Below, in pieces: positions 29,286 to 39,073 of a DNA stretch of 64,000 bases (position 1 is the first letter of the stretch; each line of letters opens with the position of its first letter). This DNA is from Candidatus Binatia bacterium (lineage in GTDB: Bacteria; Desulfobacterota; Binatia; Bin18). Location: assembly GCA_963664395.2 (NCBI GenBank), contig OY761159.2:4000001-4064000 (forward strand), given 5' to 3'. The position numbers and the translations under genes were made by a program. The notes beneath the pieces were generated by a model, which saw nothing but the letters and a program-made list of their open reading frames with translations, made no database searches and had not been told where the DNA came from.

Positions 29286-29454
29286 GACGAGGCTCCCTCC
29301 TGCTCCCTCTCCCGCTTGGGAAGGCGAGGCCACCCTGCACCCGAAGGCTCTACCTCTTGGCTAGGCCCTTGACAGACCCTATTACACCTATACTAAGGTG
29401 CGTCTGTCATAGTTCTCAGGATCGGTCCTGGGTGAATGAAGGAGGCTTTAGTAA

Positions 29455-30033
29455 ATGATGGTTATTTTGCTCGGAGTAATAGGGTCTGTCCTCCTCGTGG
29501 TTTGCACTGCGGTAATGATTAAGCTGACCTTCATCGGGTTGCAAATGTTGAAGGCCACCATCCATGCCCCCAGCACTAACGATGACGATCTCGCCGTCGA
29601 CAGCTTCACAGATTTGTTGGAGAAGGCCAGCTTGAACATGACTGTCTATGACGATGGCAACAACATGGAAGGGTCAATCTACACGAAACAGGAAGTCGTC
29701 AATGCCGTCAAAAAGAAGCTAAGCAATGTTCCAAGCTTCACAATGCGCTGCTACTTCAACTATGATGAGAAGGGCACCCTCTTCCGCAAGACGTTTGATG
29801 GCGAGGCCCGGGTGAATATTCGGACGCGCAAGGGCGATCGCCCGGACGACACCCACTACAAGATCATTGACGCCGGCAGGATGGCGTACCTGTCGCAACA
29901 CGGACACGGCTCCCGCCAACGGAAGTTCCAAGTAGTAGACTGTACGAGTGTGAGCAAGTTTGCGCTCAAGAGCGTGACCGATAACATCCTCGGCGAATAC
30001 AAGAAGGACATCGAACAGAAGTTTCCGTCCTAG
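29455..30033 (+). CDS. Hypothetical protein: N-terminal TM helix plus putative PLD-like domain
   Basis: AAGGAGG RBS; hydrophobic residues 1-30; FTDLLEKAS..MTVY..IY...VVNAV and HYKIID..AY pattern reminiscent of a degenerate HKD fold. Confidence 0.6.
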   Translation: MMVILLGVIGSVLLVVCTAVMIKLTFIGLQMLKATIHAPSTNDDDLAVDSFTDLLEKASLNMTVYDDGNNMEGSIYTKQEVVNAVKKKLSNVPSFTMRCYFNYDEKGTLFRKTFDGEARVNIRTRKGDRPDDTHYKIIDAGRMAYLSQHGHGSRQRKFQVVDCTSVSKFALKSVTDNILGEYKKDIEQKFPS

Positions 30034-30037
30034 TCTC

Positions 30038-30409
30038 ATGAACGCTGGTGCTGTGACCGAGTTTCCACCTATCGCGCTGTACGCCTTATTGTCCTTAGCA
30101 GTCGCCGCGCTGTCGTTGGTAGCCGCCTTTTATCGGGAAGCCGCAACGGCGGATACACCGCCGGCGGAGTGGGTTAAACTTCTCGGCCTCTCCTCATTCT
30201 TGAGCATAGGCGCTTGGCTCCACCTGTCAGGCTACCAGCTATGGCAACTCTTCGCCCCTGCCCTTACACCCTCAGCAGCACACAAATTCAACCAATTCGT
30301 GCATTTTGTGATATTAGTGTTACTCGGCTACGTGCTTGCCAAGATATGGTTTTTTTGGGTGAGCAAGCAATCCAGCGCTCAACACACCATGCGCCGCGAA
30401 GGGAACTAG
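30038..30409 (+). CDS. Hypothetical 3-TM membrane protein
   Basis: Three hydrophobic stretches; starts 4 bp after the upstream gene. Confidence 0.65.
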   Translation: MNAGAVTEFPPIALYALLSLAVAALSLVAAFYREAATADTPPAEWVKLLGLSSFLSIGAWLHLSGYQLWQLFAPALTPSAAHKFNQFVHFVILVLLGYVLAKIWFFWVSKQSSAQHTMRREGN

Positions 30410-30634
30410 CAGACGAGTAGTCCCCCCCCTGAGCCAACACGCAAACCAGGGCCAGCAGCCTCGCGTCAGCCGGCCTCCAGCCCATTGACCTGCGGCTTTT
30501 TGCGTTTGCAACTCTTTCTCCCCAAGCCTTGACGCGGTGCTTCGGGCGGGCGCACGATGCAAGAGGCCCCAGGTAAGAGGTCGAGGAGAGCCGCAGATTT
30601 CCCAGACACAGTGCTTAACGCAAAGGAGGCACGT

Positions 30635-31030
30635 ATGGAAACGGCAGTCCTATGTTCCGGTTTACTGGGCTTGTTGGTCTTTGGGCTCGGCTTTATGGTT
30701 TCTATGACACGCGGGAAGACGGACCCCGACAGTGGCGGCAGTTCGGACCCCGCCGACCGCTTACATAAAATGGTACGCGCACACGGCAACGCGACCGAGT
30801 ACGCGCCCATGTTGGCCTTACTCATGCTCATCGTGGCGATGGGCGAGGGCGGCGTCCCGGCCTGGGCTATGTGGACGATGATGCTGGTGACCGCCTGTCG
30901 CTATCTGCACGCCATCGGTATGATCTCCAGCGCGACGCTGGCGAAACCTCATCCACTGCGTGTCGTCGGTGCTCTCGGCACGTATATCGGTGGTGTCGTG
31001 TTGTGTGTCGCGGTGTTTCTGGGCGGTTAG
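30635..31030 (+). CDS. MAPEG family membrane protein
   Basis: RAHGNATEY, RYLHAIG, LRVVG; ATG 30635 with AAGGAGG RBS. Confidence 0.88.
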   Translation: METAVLCSGLLGLLVFGLGFMVSMTRGKTDPDSGGSSDPADRLHKMVRAHGNATEYAPMLALLMLIVAMGEGGVPAWAMWTMMLVTACRYLHAIGMISSATLAKPHPLRVVGALGTYIGGVVLCVAVFLGG

Positions 31031-31196
31031 CTGCATACCTGAGGACGGAGGGCCGCTCTCCCCTTCTGCCCTCACACAATCCCGGCCTGCTCCAATTCCC
31101 GGACGCGTTTGTGGGAGAGGTACCGCGCGCGTCGCCCACTATTCAAGTTTGAGCTTATCGCCTGAATAGCACCGCCCGTGGGGAGACACTACGATG

Positions 31197-31610
31197 TTAC
31201 TGGACAATTGGTGGTTTCCTTGTTTTCACAACAAACGGGATATGCGTCATTGCCCGACCATCGACGGTCACTTCGACGGAATACCGCCCTTCACGGGGTA
31301 CTTTCAGGTTAGACAAACCTACGTTCATGTCCACCACATATCGTTCATGTGCCTCGTTCTGTACGGTCGCTTCAACCGGACCGGAAAGACTGAATCCAAA
31401 ATCACCCTCATGGGAATTCACGTTGAACCCGACCGTGTAGGTGCCGGAGTTCTGAAAGCCAAGCTTCACGAAGACGGTGAATGGCGGTAAGGGCTGCTGA
31501 TAGTCGGAGACACTAAAATCGGTAAAGAGACCCATCAGACTTTTCTTATTACTAACTTCGTGTCTCACATCATCGCAAACGGCCGCGACAAGAACTTGAC
31601 AGTTTTCCAT
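31197..31610 (-). CDS. DUF6941-like beta-rich hypothetical protein
   Basis: VCDDVRHE..NKKSLMGLF N-terminus and P.EGRYSVEVTVDG..IPFVV C-terminus. Confidence 0.7.
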   Translation of the reverse strand: MENCQVLVAAVCDDVRHEVSNKKSLMGLFTDFSVSDYQQPLPPFTVFVKLGFQNSGTYTVGFNVNSHEGDFGFSLSGPVEATVQNEAHERYVVDMNVGLSNLKVPREGRYSVEVTVDGRAMTHIPFVVKTRKPPIVQ

Positions 31611-31634
31611 TCTATCCCACCTGCATAGGCATAC

Positions 31635-31952
31635 CTACCGGCGAGTCGGTAGGTATGCCTGATTCATTTCAATACTCGGCATAGCGCGCGATACAATCGG
31701 CTGGGAGCTGTCATCTTCGATAGCAACCTGCCCAGAGTGTAAAACGTTCAATGGGGTAGGAAAAGGAAGGCGGTCGTGTTCCAAGACTTCCAGCCAGCTA
31801 CACACGGCTATTTTGATCTCGGCTAGTACTTCTTCGGGCGTTTCTCCATATGCCGACAGGTCAGGAATCTCTAAGCAACGCGCCTCCCAGTCTTCCGATT
31901 CTGTGCACTTTTTCCACGTATATGCGTAGGACGGCAATTCATCTACAATCAT
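31635..31952 (-). CDS. hicB: HicB family antitoxin lacking a DNA-binding domain
   Basis: WEARCLEIPDLSAYGETPEEVL...WLE...PTP; overlaps hicA. Confidence 0.85.
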   Translation of the reverse strand: MIVDELPSYAYTWKKCTESEDWEARCLEIPDLSAYGETPEEVLAEIKIAVCSWLEVLEHDRLPFPTPLNVLHSGQVAIEDDSSQPIVSRAMPSIEMNQAYLPTRR

Positions 31953-32232
31953 GGCCTCCTCCTTTTTCTATTATACCCATGCTCTCTGCCCGCTTTAGCA
32001 CCTCTTTCACTTGCTCCAATTTCGCCCTTCCATTCTTCCAGCGTTGCAGATTGAGAGGACGAGGGTACAAGTCTTTTGTATCCTGAGCCTGAGGATGAGA
32101 AAAGACATGGTGACTTCCTTTGATGTTCCGCTCTTTCCAGCCGAGTTGCTCTACCAGTTTGAGTAAATCATTGAAGTCAAAATTTGCGGGGCTATTTCTC
32201 GCCTTTTCCAGCAGCTTTTTATCGACAGCCAT
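31939..32232 (-). CDS. hicA: HicA family toxin (mRNA interferase)
   Basis: NFDFNDLLKLVEQLGW..KGSHHVFSHP, LNLQ...GRAK..QVK. Confidence 0.85.
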   Translation of the reverse strand: MAVDKKLLEKARNSPANFDFNDLLKLVEQLGWKERNIKGSHHVFSHPQAQDTKDLYPRPLNLQRWKNGRAKLEQVKEVLKRAESMGIIEKGGGHDCR

Positions 32233-32268
32233 CGGAGAGATTTCAGCACGTAAAATTCTGGCGTAGTT

Positions 32269-33087
32269 CTAACCCAACGACCCCAAGAAACTCTGCAAAG
32301 CGCTCAGACACTCCTCGGGCCTGTCCACATAGATCTCGTGCCCAGGGCCTTCGACAATGGCAATCCGCGCGTTGGGAATCTCCGTGCGCATGGAGAGCTG
32401 GTCGGTCAGGGGTGTGATCGGGCTATTGGCAGGGGCCAGCACCAGAGTCGGGACTGTAATCTGGGGCAGCAACGGTGCGGTATCTGCCCCGTCCAGGGTG
32501 CGGGTAATGCCTTGCAGGACATGCGTCGGTGTCTTCGCCCATTCGTTGACCACCCACTCGATGTGGGCCGGGTTCTTCCCGCTGATAATTTTTTGCTCGA
32601 TCAAGACCTGCACCCATCCCTTTGACCCCCCGGAGCTGAGTGCGTTCTTGACTCCGCCATGCTGACCGGACAGGGCTTGTGTCCCCGCCGGGCGAATCGT
32701 GGTGGGCGAATTGCAAATCGTCAGACTCTTGAGTCGCTCCGGCCAGCGCGTCGCAAAGAGAACACCGAGAATGCCGCCAATGGACTCGCCCACATAATGC
32801 ACTTGCTGTAGGCCGAGGGCGTCCATGAAGTCGTGCATATCCGTGACCAACTCGTCCAATGACCAGCGATGGTCCGGGCCGGGGTCAGCAGACCGGCCAT
32901 GCCCACGCATATCGCGGCGGATAACCTGATAGTTGCGCGCCAGGGGAGGAACCCAATGGTACCAGAACCTGGTACTCCGACCGACTCCATGTTGGAGCCA
33001 GACCGTCTCCTTCTCAGTTATCCAAGGATCGGTGAAGTCATCAATCTCGTAGTACATCTCACAATTGTTGGCAGAGACGGTCGGCAT
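32269..33087 (-). CDS. Alpha/beta hydrolase
   Basis: Start ATG 33087 (MPTV) with AAGGAGG; LQHG, DMRGHG, GESIGG, PGHE. Confidence 0.85.
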   Translation of the reverse strand: MPTVSANNCEMYYEIDDFTDPWITEKETVWLQHGVGRSTRFWYHWVPPLARNYQVIRRDMRGHGRSADPGPDHRWSLDELVTDMHDFMDALGLQQVHYVGESIGGILGVLFATRWPERLKSLTICNSPTTIRPAGTQALSGQHGGVKNALSSGGSKGWVQVLIEQKIISGKNPAHIEWVVNEWAKTPTHVLQGITRTLDGADTAPLLPQITVPTLVLAPANSPITPLTDQLSMRTEIPNARIAIVEGPGHEIYVDRPEECLSALQSFLGSLG

Positions 33088-33119
33088 GTTGTCCGCACCT
33101 CCTTTGGACGACCAGCAGC

Positions 33120-33647
33120 CTAGTCGAGCTGACCACAATCGGCAATCACAATACGCTGCCTGGGTTGCCCACGCTGACTGCCCTGGGCCTCCATGGCGCG
33201 GACCACCTCCAGACCTTCGACCACACTGCCAAACACCACATGCTTGCCGTCCAGCCAGGGCGTCTGTGCGGTGATAATAAAGAATTGGGAGCCATTCGTC
33301 CCAGGACCGGCATTGGCCATGCTCAGCAAACCGGGCTCGGTATGCTTGAGTTGAAAATTCTCGTCGGCAAACTTGGCACCGTAAATGGACTCTCCCCCGG
33401 TGCCATTGCCATTGGTAAAGTCTCCGCCCTGACACATGAAGGCGGGAATGACGCGGTGAAACGTCGAACCCTTGTAGTGCAGCGGTTTGCCGGACTGGCC
33501 GGGCCCTTTCTCGCCGGTACACAGCGCCCGAAAGTTTTCTGCGGTTTCGGGAACCACGTCGGCTCTGAGTTCAAAAACGATCCGTCCGGCGGCATCATCT
33601 CCGATTGTGATATCAAAAAAGACCCTCGGGTTGGTATGTTCGCTCAT
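33120..33647 (-). CDS. Cytoplasmic cyclophilin, CypA-like
   Basis: [65 protein letters not shown]. Confidence 0.95.
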   Translation of the reverse strand: MSEHTNPRVFFDITIGDDAAGRIVFELRADVVPETAENFRALCTGEKGPGQSGKPLHYKGSTFHRVIPAFMCQGGDFTNGNGTGGESIYGAKFADENFQLKHTEPGLLSMANAGPGTNGSQFFIITAQTPWLDGKHVVFGSVVEGLEVVRAMEAQGSQRGQPRQRIVIADCGQLD

Positions 33648-33764
33648 CTTCTTCTCTCTTCCTCAGGGGTCTGGATTCTCGCCCCGGCGAGTTCTGTCCC
33701 GCGCAGCCTATAGAATTTATGGGGGAGAGACTAGGCGTCCGCGGCTGTCCTGGCAGCGTCTTGC

Positions 33765-34526
33765 TCAGCTAAATCCTACCGACACGGTTCCGACGCCGGA
33801 AAAATCCGCGCTGTAGCTCCCCGGTTGCGTGACGGCGTGATGACAAAATGAACCGGTAATAACGGGTTGGCCCGGCTCCAGGCCCAAACCGAATGTATGC
33901 AGGCGGCGGCACAAGCGCGCCAGCGAGAGATAGGGATCATCCATTGTTGTGCCTGGCGTCTTGGTCTCGACCACTTGGCCATTGCGCGAAAACGTCACTG
34001 TGGTATCGACCAGCCCGTCTTGGACCGGCGCTTCCGGTCCGACGACTATCCCCCATTGGGCCAAGCCGTCGGCCACCAATGGCGTCGGTCCCTGGTCTGA
34101 CTGGACGCGGACCTCGTTGATCTCAAATGCCGGGGCAACGGCCCGCACTGCGGCTTTGGCCTGCTCGCGATCGACTCCCTCGCCACGCAACGCTGAGCCG
34201 ACTATGAGGCAGAGTTCAGGCTCAATCTGACAATCCATAATCGAAGCAACGGGAAGGGTCGCGCCGGACTGAAAGACCCGACTCTGGAGCACATAGCCAA
34301 ACGGCCGCACGTCTTTTCCCATACGGTCGCGGGCTTTCCCCGAGGTCAGCCCGACCTTCCAGCCGCCGAGGCGTTCTCCGGTGGTCTCAAAACGTTGGAG
34401 AACGCGGAGTTGTACAGCCAGCGCTTCGTCCAAATCCGCAGGGGTGAGGTCCATGCGAGCCGGTCGGGTTCCGTTTCGGCGGGCGTGGTAGAGGGTGTCT
34501 ATGAGGGCCTCTTGTGTTGCTGCCAT
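33765..34526 (-). CDS. 2-keto-4-pentenoate hydratase-like (FAH superfamily)
   Basis: GWKVGLTS, IEPE, AFEI, ADG, GQPVITGS. Confidence 0.82.
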   Translation of the reverse strand: MAATQEALIDTLYHARRNGTRPARMDLTPADLDEALAVQLRVLQRFETTGERLGGWKVGLTSGKARDRMGKDVRPFGYVLQSRVFQSGATLPVASIMDCQIEPELCLIVGSALRGEGVDREQAKAAVRAVAPAFEINEVRVQSDQGPTPLVADGLAQWGIVVGPEAPVQDGLVDTTVTFSRNGQVVETKTPGTTMDDPYLSLARLCRRLHTFGLGLEPGQPVITGSFCHHAVTQPGSYSADFSGVGTVSVGFS

Positions 34527-34680
34527 ATATGCCTCCTATGCGAATCATGAGATGTCGGGCTCCGCTCACCTGCGCTAGACGTATCAGCTCTGCAAGCTTG
34601 TGTCCCTGCGAGGCGCGTGGCAAGATGCTGCTGCTTGGTGTAAGCCGAACTCCACCGGCAGCCTGAATAAGGAGGGAGCC

Positions 34681-36138
34681 ATGTCAGATCTTTCGAGTTC
34701 TGCCGATTTGGCCTACGCGACGACCGGAGAAGTCGCTGAGGCGATCCACAAGAAGGAGATTTCAAGTCGCGAGGCAGTGGACTATTTTCTCGCCCGAGTT
34801 GAAGCGCTGGATAAGACGATTAACAGCGTGGTGACGATTGATGCGGAACGGGCGCGAGCCGAGGCCGATGCCGCAGATACGGAGTTGGCCGGAGGAACAT
34901 CCCGAGGACCGCTGCACGGCGTGCCGATGACGATCAAGGATTCGTATCAAACCAAAGGTATGCGGACCACGTCAGGCGCGCCGGAACTCAAGGATTTCAT
35001 TCCAGAAGAAGATGCCTGGCCGGTTGCCCGGCTACGCGAAGCTGGAGCCATTATTTACGGCAAGACCAATCTGCCGATCTATGCGGGTGACTTGCAGAGC
35101 TATAACGAGATTTTTGGCACGACCAATAATCCGCATGACACAACGCGTACGCCTGGCGGCTCGTCCGGTGGCTCAGGGGCGGCCTTGGCGTGTGGCTTTA
35201 CGCCGCTCGAACTCGGCAGTGATATCGGCGGTTCGATTCGCCTGCCGGCCCATATGTCGGGCGTAACCGGCCACAAGCCGAGCTATGGCATTGTTCCCGC
35301 CCACGGGCAGATTCCGGGCCCGCCGGGAACCCTGACAATGGCCGACCTGGCGGTTGCCGGGCCCATGGCCCGGAGTGTCGAAGACCTGGAGCTTGGACTC
35401 GATATCATGGCCGGCCCCAATCGCTGGGAGCAACCGGCGTGGCGTTTGGAGCTGCCGGCTCCGCGGAAACAGGCGCTCAAGGACTACCGCATTGCGACTT
35501 GGCTGGACGATCCGCGCTGTCCGGTCGAGCCGGAAGTCCGGACATTACTGGAAAACGCCGCCAGTGCCTTAGCACACGCTGGAGCGACGGTGAGTGCCGA
35601 TGCGCGCCCCGAATTCAGTTTGGAAAAAGTCGCTGCGACTTTTATGGCCTTGTTACAGTCAGCCCTGGCCGGCGGGGTATCGCGAGAAAAAATCGAAGAG
35701 TATGCGCAGTCAAGCGGCAACACCTCGACGGACCACACCCGGCGTTTGTTTGCCATGCGGCACCGTGAATGGTTGAGCTATAACGAACGCCGGATGCAGA
35801 TGCGCAAACGCTGGGAAGAGTTTTTCCAGGACTGGGACGTGATGTTGCTGCCGGTCATGCCGTGTCCCGCTATCAAGCACGACCACTCCGAGCCCCAAGC
35901 CGGCCGGGTGGCACACGTTGGGGGGCAGCAACGGCCGTATTGGGACCTGGTGACGTGGATGGCGCCGGCCGGCGCCTGTTTGCTGCCTGCCACGGTGATT
36001 CCGGTGGGACAACTCGACACCGGACTGCCGATTGGTATCCAGATAGTGGGTCCCTATCTTGAAGACCGGACAACCCTGCACGTGGCGAAACATCTGTTTG
36101 AAATGATGGGCGGGTGTCCGCGTCCAACTGGCTTCTAA
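34681..36138 (+). CDS. Amidase (amidase-signature family)
   Basis: GPLHGVPMTIKD, GGSSGGS, GSDIGGSIR, GLPIGIQ; ATG 34681 with GGAGG RBS. Confidence 0.93.
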   Translation: MSDLSSSADLAYATTGEVAEAIHKKEISSREAVDYFLARVEALDKTINSVVTIDAERARAEADAADTELAGGTSRGPLHGVPMTIKDSYQTKGMRTTSGAPELKDFIPEEDAWPVARLREAGAIIYGKTNLPIYAGDLQSYNEIFGTTNNPHDTTRTPGGSSGGSGAALACGFTPLELGSDIGGSIRLPAHMSGVTGHKPSYGIVPAHGQIPGPPGTLTMADLAVAGPMARSVEDLELGLDIMAGPNRWEQPAWRLELPAPRKQALKDYRIATWLDDPRCPVEPEVRTLLENAASALAHAGATVSADARPEFSLEKVAATFMALLQSALAGGVSREKIEEYAQSSGNTSTDHTRRLFAMRHREWLSYNERRMQMRKRWEEFFQDWDVMLLPVMPCPAIKHDHSEPQAGRVAHVGGQQRPYWDLVTWMAPAGACLLPATVIPVGQLDTGLPIGIQIVGPYLEDRTTLHVAKHLFEMMGGCPRPTGF

Positions 36139-36161
36139 AAAATACAGAGAAAGGAAAACGC

Positions 36162-36983
36162 ATGTCACAACTGGATGGAAAAGTAGCCCTGGTAACGGGC
36201 GGAGCACGGGGGATTGGGCGAGGCATCGCCCTGGCGCTGGCAAACGCCGGAGCTGATGTGGCCCTGGCAGATATTGAAACCATGGCGAGTACGGCCCAGC
36301 AGTACGGCGCGACCGCGGTCGGGGGGTTTACGCAAGCCCGGAAAACTGCGGAAGAGATCATTGCGCTCGGGCGGCGTTCGCTGGCGATTCAAGCCGATGT
36401 GACGCAGAAGGGCGATACCCTGCGTATGGTCGAGGAGACCGCCGGGGCGCTGGGCGGCCTGGATATCATGGTCTGTAACGCGGGCGTGGTGAATATGGCG
36501 AAAGTCGAGGACATGTCCGAAGAAGCCTGGGACCTGACCTTTGCGGTCAACACCAAAGGGGTGTTTCTCTCATGTCAGGCCGCGATCCCTGCCCTCAAAA
36601 ACCGGGGTGGGGGTCTGATTATTAATATTGCCTCGATCGCGGGCAAGAGCGGCTTTGGCGGTCTGGCGCACTACTGCGCCTCAAAGTTTGCGGTGGTGGG
36701 CTTTACCAATTCTCTGGCCAAGGAGTTGGCCCAGACCAATATCCGCGTCAACGCCATTTGTCCGGGCATTTTGCGTACCCAGATGTGGGAATACTTGGCC
36801 GAGTCGCTCAAACAACCGGACGAATCCAAAGAGGACTCCTGGCAACGCTGGGTCAAGAACGTGATCCCCCAAGGCCGGCCACAAACGCCGGACGATATCG
36901 GGCAACTGGCCGTCTACTTGGCCGTAGCCGAGAACGTGACCGGACAGGCCATCAATGTCGATGGTGGCATTGAGCTACACTAG
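36162..36983 (+). CDS. SDR family NAD(P)-dependent oxidoreductase
   Basis: TGGARGIG, CNAG, YCASK. Confidence 0.92.
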   Translation: MSQLDGKVALVTGGARGIGRGIALALANAGADVALADIETMASTAQQYGATAVGGFTQARKTAEEIIALGRRSLAIQADVTQKGDTLRMVEETAGALGGLDIMVCNAGVVNMAKVEDMSEEAWDLTFAVNTKGVFLSCQAAIPALKNRGGGLIINIASIAGKSGFGGLAHYCASKFAVVGFTNSLAKELAQTNIRVNAICPGILRTQMWEYLAESLKQPDESKEDSWQRWVKNVIPQGRPQTPDDIGQLAVYLAVAENVTGQAINVDGGIELH

Positions 36984-36997
36984 AGAGGAAGCATCAC

Positions 36998-37996
36998 ATG
37001 GAATATCGGCCTTTTGGACAAACAGGGATCGAAGTGTCCGCCATTGGCGTCGGCTGTTGGGAGATTGGTGGCGGCTATGGGTCAATTGAAGAACAAGAAT
37101 TCAGTGCCGCCGTGCACACCGCCTTGGACCTGGGCATTACGTGTTTTGATACCGCCGAAGCCTATGGGTTTGGGGCCTCGGAGCGTTCGCTGGCCAAGGC
37201 GCTCGGCGACCGTCGTAAAGACGCGGTTGTCGTGACCAAGTTTGGTATTGGCTACAAAGAAGCGCCGAATTATCGAGACAGCAGCCGCGAGCGGGTCATG
37301 GTCTCGATCGAGAAAAGCCTGAAGAACCTGAACACGGACTATGTGGACGTCTATATGGTCCACTGGCCGGACATAAACACCCCTTTTGAAGAAACCATGC
37401 GGGCCTTGGACGACATTGTTCAGCAGGGCAAGGCGCGGGCTATTGGCATCTCGAACTTCCGGCGCGAGCAGATTGAAACCAGCATGGCAACCCGCCGCGT
37501 GGACGTCGCCCAATACTGCTGGAATATGTTCGACCGCCGTATGGACCAGGAGATCCTGCCCTACTGTCGTGAGCATAATATGGGCGTCATGGCCTATGGC
37601 TCGCTCGCCTATGGGCTGCTGACCGGAACCTTTCGCGCGGATATGAGCTTTGATGAGGGAGACTGGCGGGCGCGTCAGGGACGCATGGGTGGCATCAACC
37701 TGTTCCAGACCATGTTCGGCCCGGAGCACTTTCCCAACAACATTAAAGCGGTGGAAGAGCTGAAAGGCATGGCCGCCGGCTATGACAAAAGCCTGCCACA
37801 GTTCGCTCTACGCTGGACGCTCTCGCATCCTGTGGTCAGCACGGCCTTGGTGGGCTGTCGCAAAGCTGCCGAGGTAGAAGAGAATGTCGGTGCCCTGGGA
37901 TGGGATATTCGGCAAGCCGACTTTGCCGCAATCGACGCGATCTTTGAACGCAATGGTGTGGTGACCTGCCCGGATATGTGGTTGGAACGGGAGTAG
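36998..37996 (+). CDS. Aldo/keto reductase
   Basis: FDTAEAYG, TKFG, DYVDVYMVHWPD, IGISNF. Confidence 0.92.
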   Translation: MEYRPFGQTGIEVSAIGVGCWEIGGGYGSIEEQEFSAAVHTALDLGITCFDTAEAYGFGASERSLAKALGDRRKDAVVVTKFGIGYKEAPNYRDSSRERVMVSIEKSLKNLNTDYVDVYMVHWPDINTPFEETMRALDDIVQQGKARAIGISNFRREQIETSMATRRVDVAQYCWNMFDRRMDQEILPYCREHNMGVMAYGSLAYGLLTGTFRADMSFDEGDWRARQGRMGGINLFQTMFGPEHFPNNIKAVEELKGMAAGYDKSLPQFALRWTLSHPVVSTALVGCRKAAEVEENVGALGWDIRQADFAAIDAIFERNGVVTCPDMWLERE

Positions 37997-38045
37997 GGAG
38001 CGCTTTGTGTAACAAGGCGGTGAGGAAAGCCGCCTGCCGACCGGG

Positions 38046-38963
38046 CTATCCTTGCCACCATGAAGATCGCGGGCTGTTGCCGGCTGTGCGTTGCCGCATA
38101 CCGAAAATGGCTGCTACCTCCTGCCACACCCGCGATTCTACCCGCTTGAAGAAGTCACTATTCTCGAAATCCTTTTCCAGCACGACTGCCGTGGCGTGAG
38201 CAAAGAGCTTTTGCACCCAGGCATCAAAGGGGACGGGTGGGAGAAACGAGAAGGCTCTGAGTTTATCCTCCACGTCCAGCATTCTGGTGCTCACCTTGTT
38301 GGCCAGAAAATAACTGTGCGACTTCCGCTGGAGACGTTTGCTGAGCGCTGAGATTTCTATGAGAGCATTGAGCGCGGTCCGCCAACTGATATCGTCCTCT
38401 TCCAACACAATGAGGTTCATGTCACTCAGGGTCGTGGCCGCCAAACTCAAACTCCCGAGCCCGGCTTGCGTGTCAAAAATGACATAATCGACATCTAACG
38501 ACGACGCGACAAACTCGTGCAGCTTGCCAAGTTTATCGACTGTTTCGTTGAGTTCCAAATGGTGCAACGGTATCCAGTCGGGTCGCTCGCTTTCGGTAGA
38601 AGAGGGGATGATAAAGAGCCCGTCCAGCCGTTCATAGGTCGAGGGGCCAGCCGTTACCTGCGCCATTGGCTCTGGGCTCTCCTCGGCATTGCCGTTGTTT
38701 TGGGCGAGTCCTTTTTGGAGTTCGTGCAGGAGTGCTGGCTGATCACTCTCTTCCGAATAAAAATAATCGGTTAAGGAAAACGGAAGCCGGTCGAGCTCAT
38801 ACTTGTTTTGAAAGGCCAGGAGGGTGAGGCCACGGACGGACAAGTCCAAATCGACGAGAAGCACATTACACTTTTCTTGATGCTGGATAATTCTTCCTAA
38901 GCTTGTTGCCAGTAAAGTCTTTCCAACACCCCCTTTTCCGCTACACAGGGTGATTGTTCGCAT
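38046..38963 (-). CDS. Orphan MinD/ParA family ATPase
   Basis: Deviant Walker A SGKGGVGKT, LLVDLD, IFDTQAG, LANKV. Confidence 0.85.
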   Translation of the reverse strand: MRTITLCSGKGGVGKTLLATSLGRIIQHQEKCNVLLVDLDLSVRGLTLLAFQNKYELDRLPFSLTDYFYSEESDQPALLHELQKGLAQNNGNAEESPEPMAQVTAGPSTYERLDGLFIIPSSTESERPDWIPLHHLELNETVDKLGKLHEFVASSLDVDYVIFDTQAGLGSLSLAATTLSDMNLIVLEEDDISWRTALNALIEISALSKRLQRKSHSYFLANKVSTRMLDVEDKLRAFSFLPPVPFDAWVQKLFAHATAVVLEKDFENSDFFKRVESRVWQEVAAIFGMRQRTAGNSPRSSWWQG

Positions 38964-39073
38964 GCTGGTATCCTCCGGTTACCGTGATCGTCGCGTAATG
39001 CCGCCGGGTGTTCAGGCGTTGCGGATATGCAACACCGTGTTGTACTCCTCTCCACGGGCAGGTATCAAGTGCC

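Noticed and set aside
29369-29394. TTGACA...TATACT promoter for the TM gene pair
   Set aside because: Spacer is only 14 bp, too short to call confidently
33088-33522. 145-aa extension of the alpha/beta hydrolase overlapping the cyclophilin
   Set aside because: Alternative-frame read-through; AAGGAGG RBS supports the start at 33087
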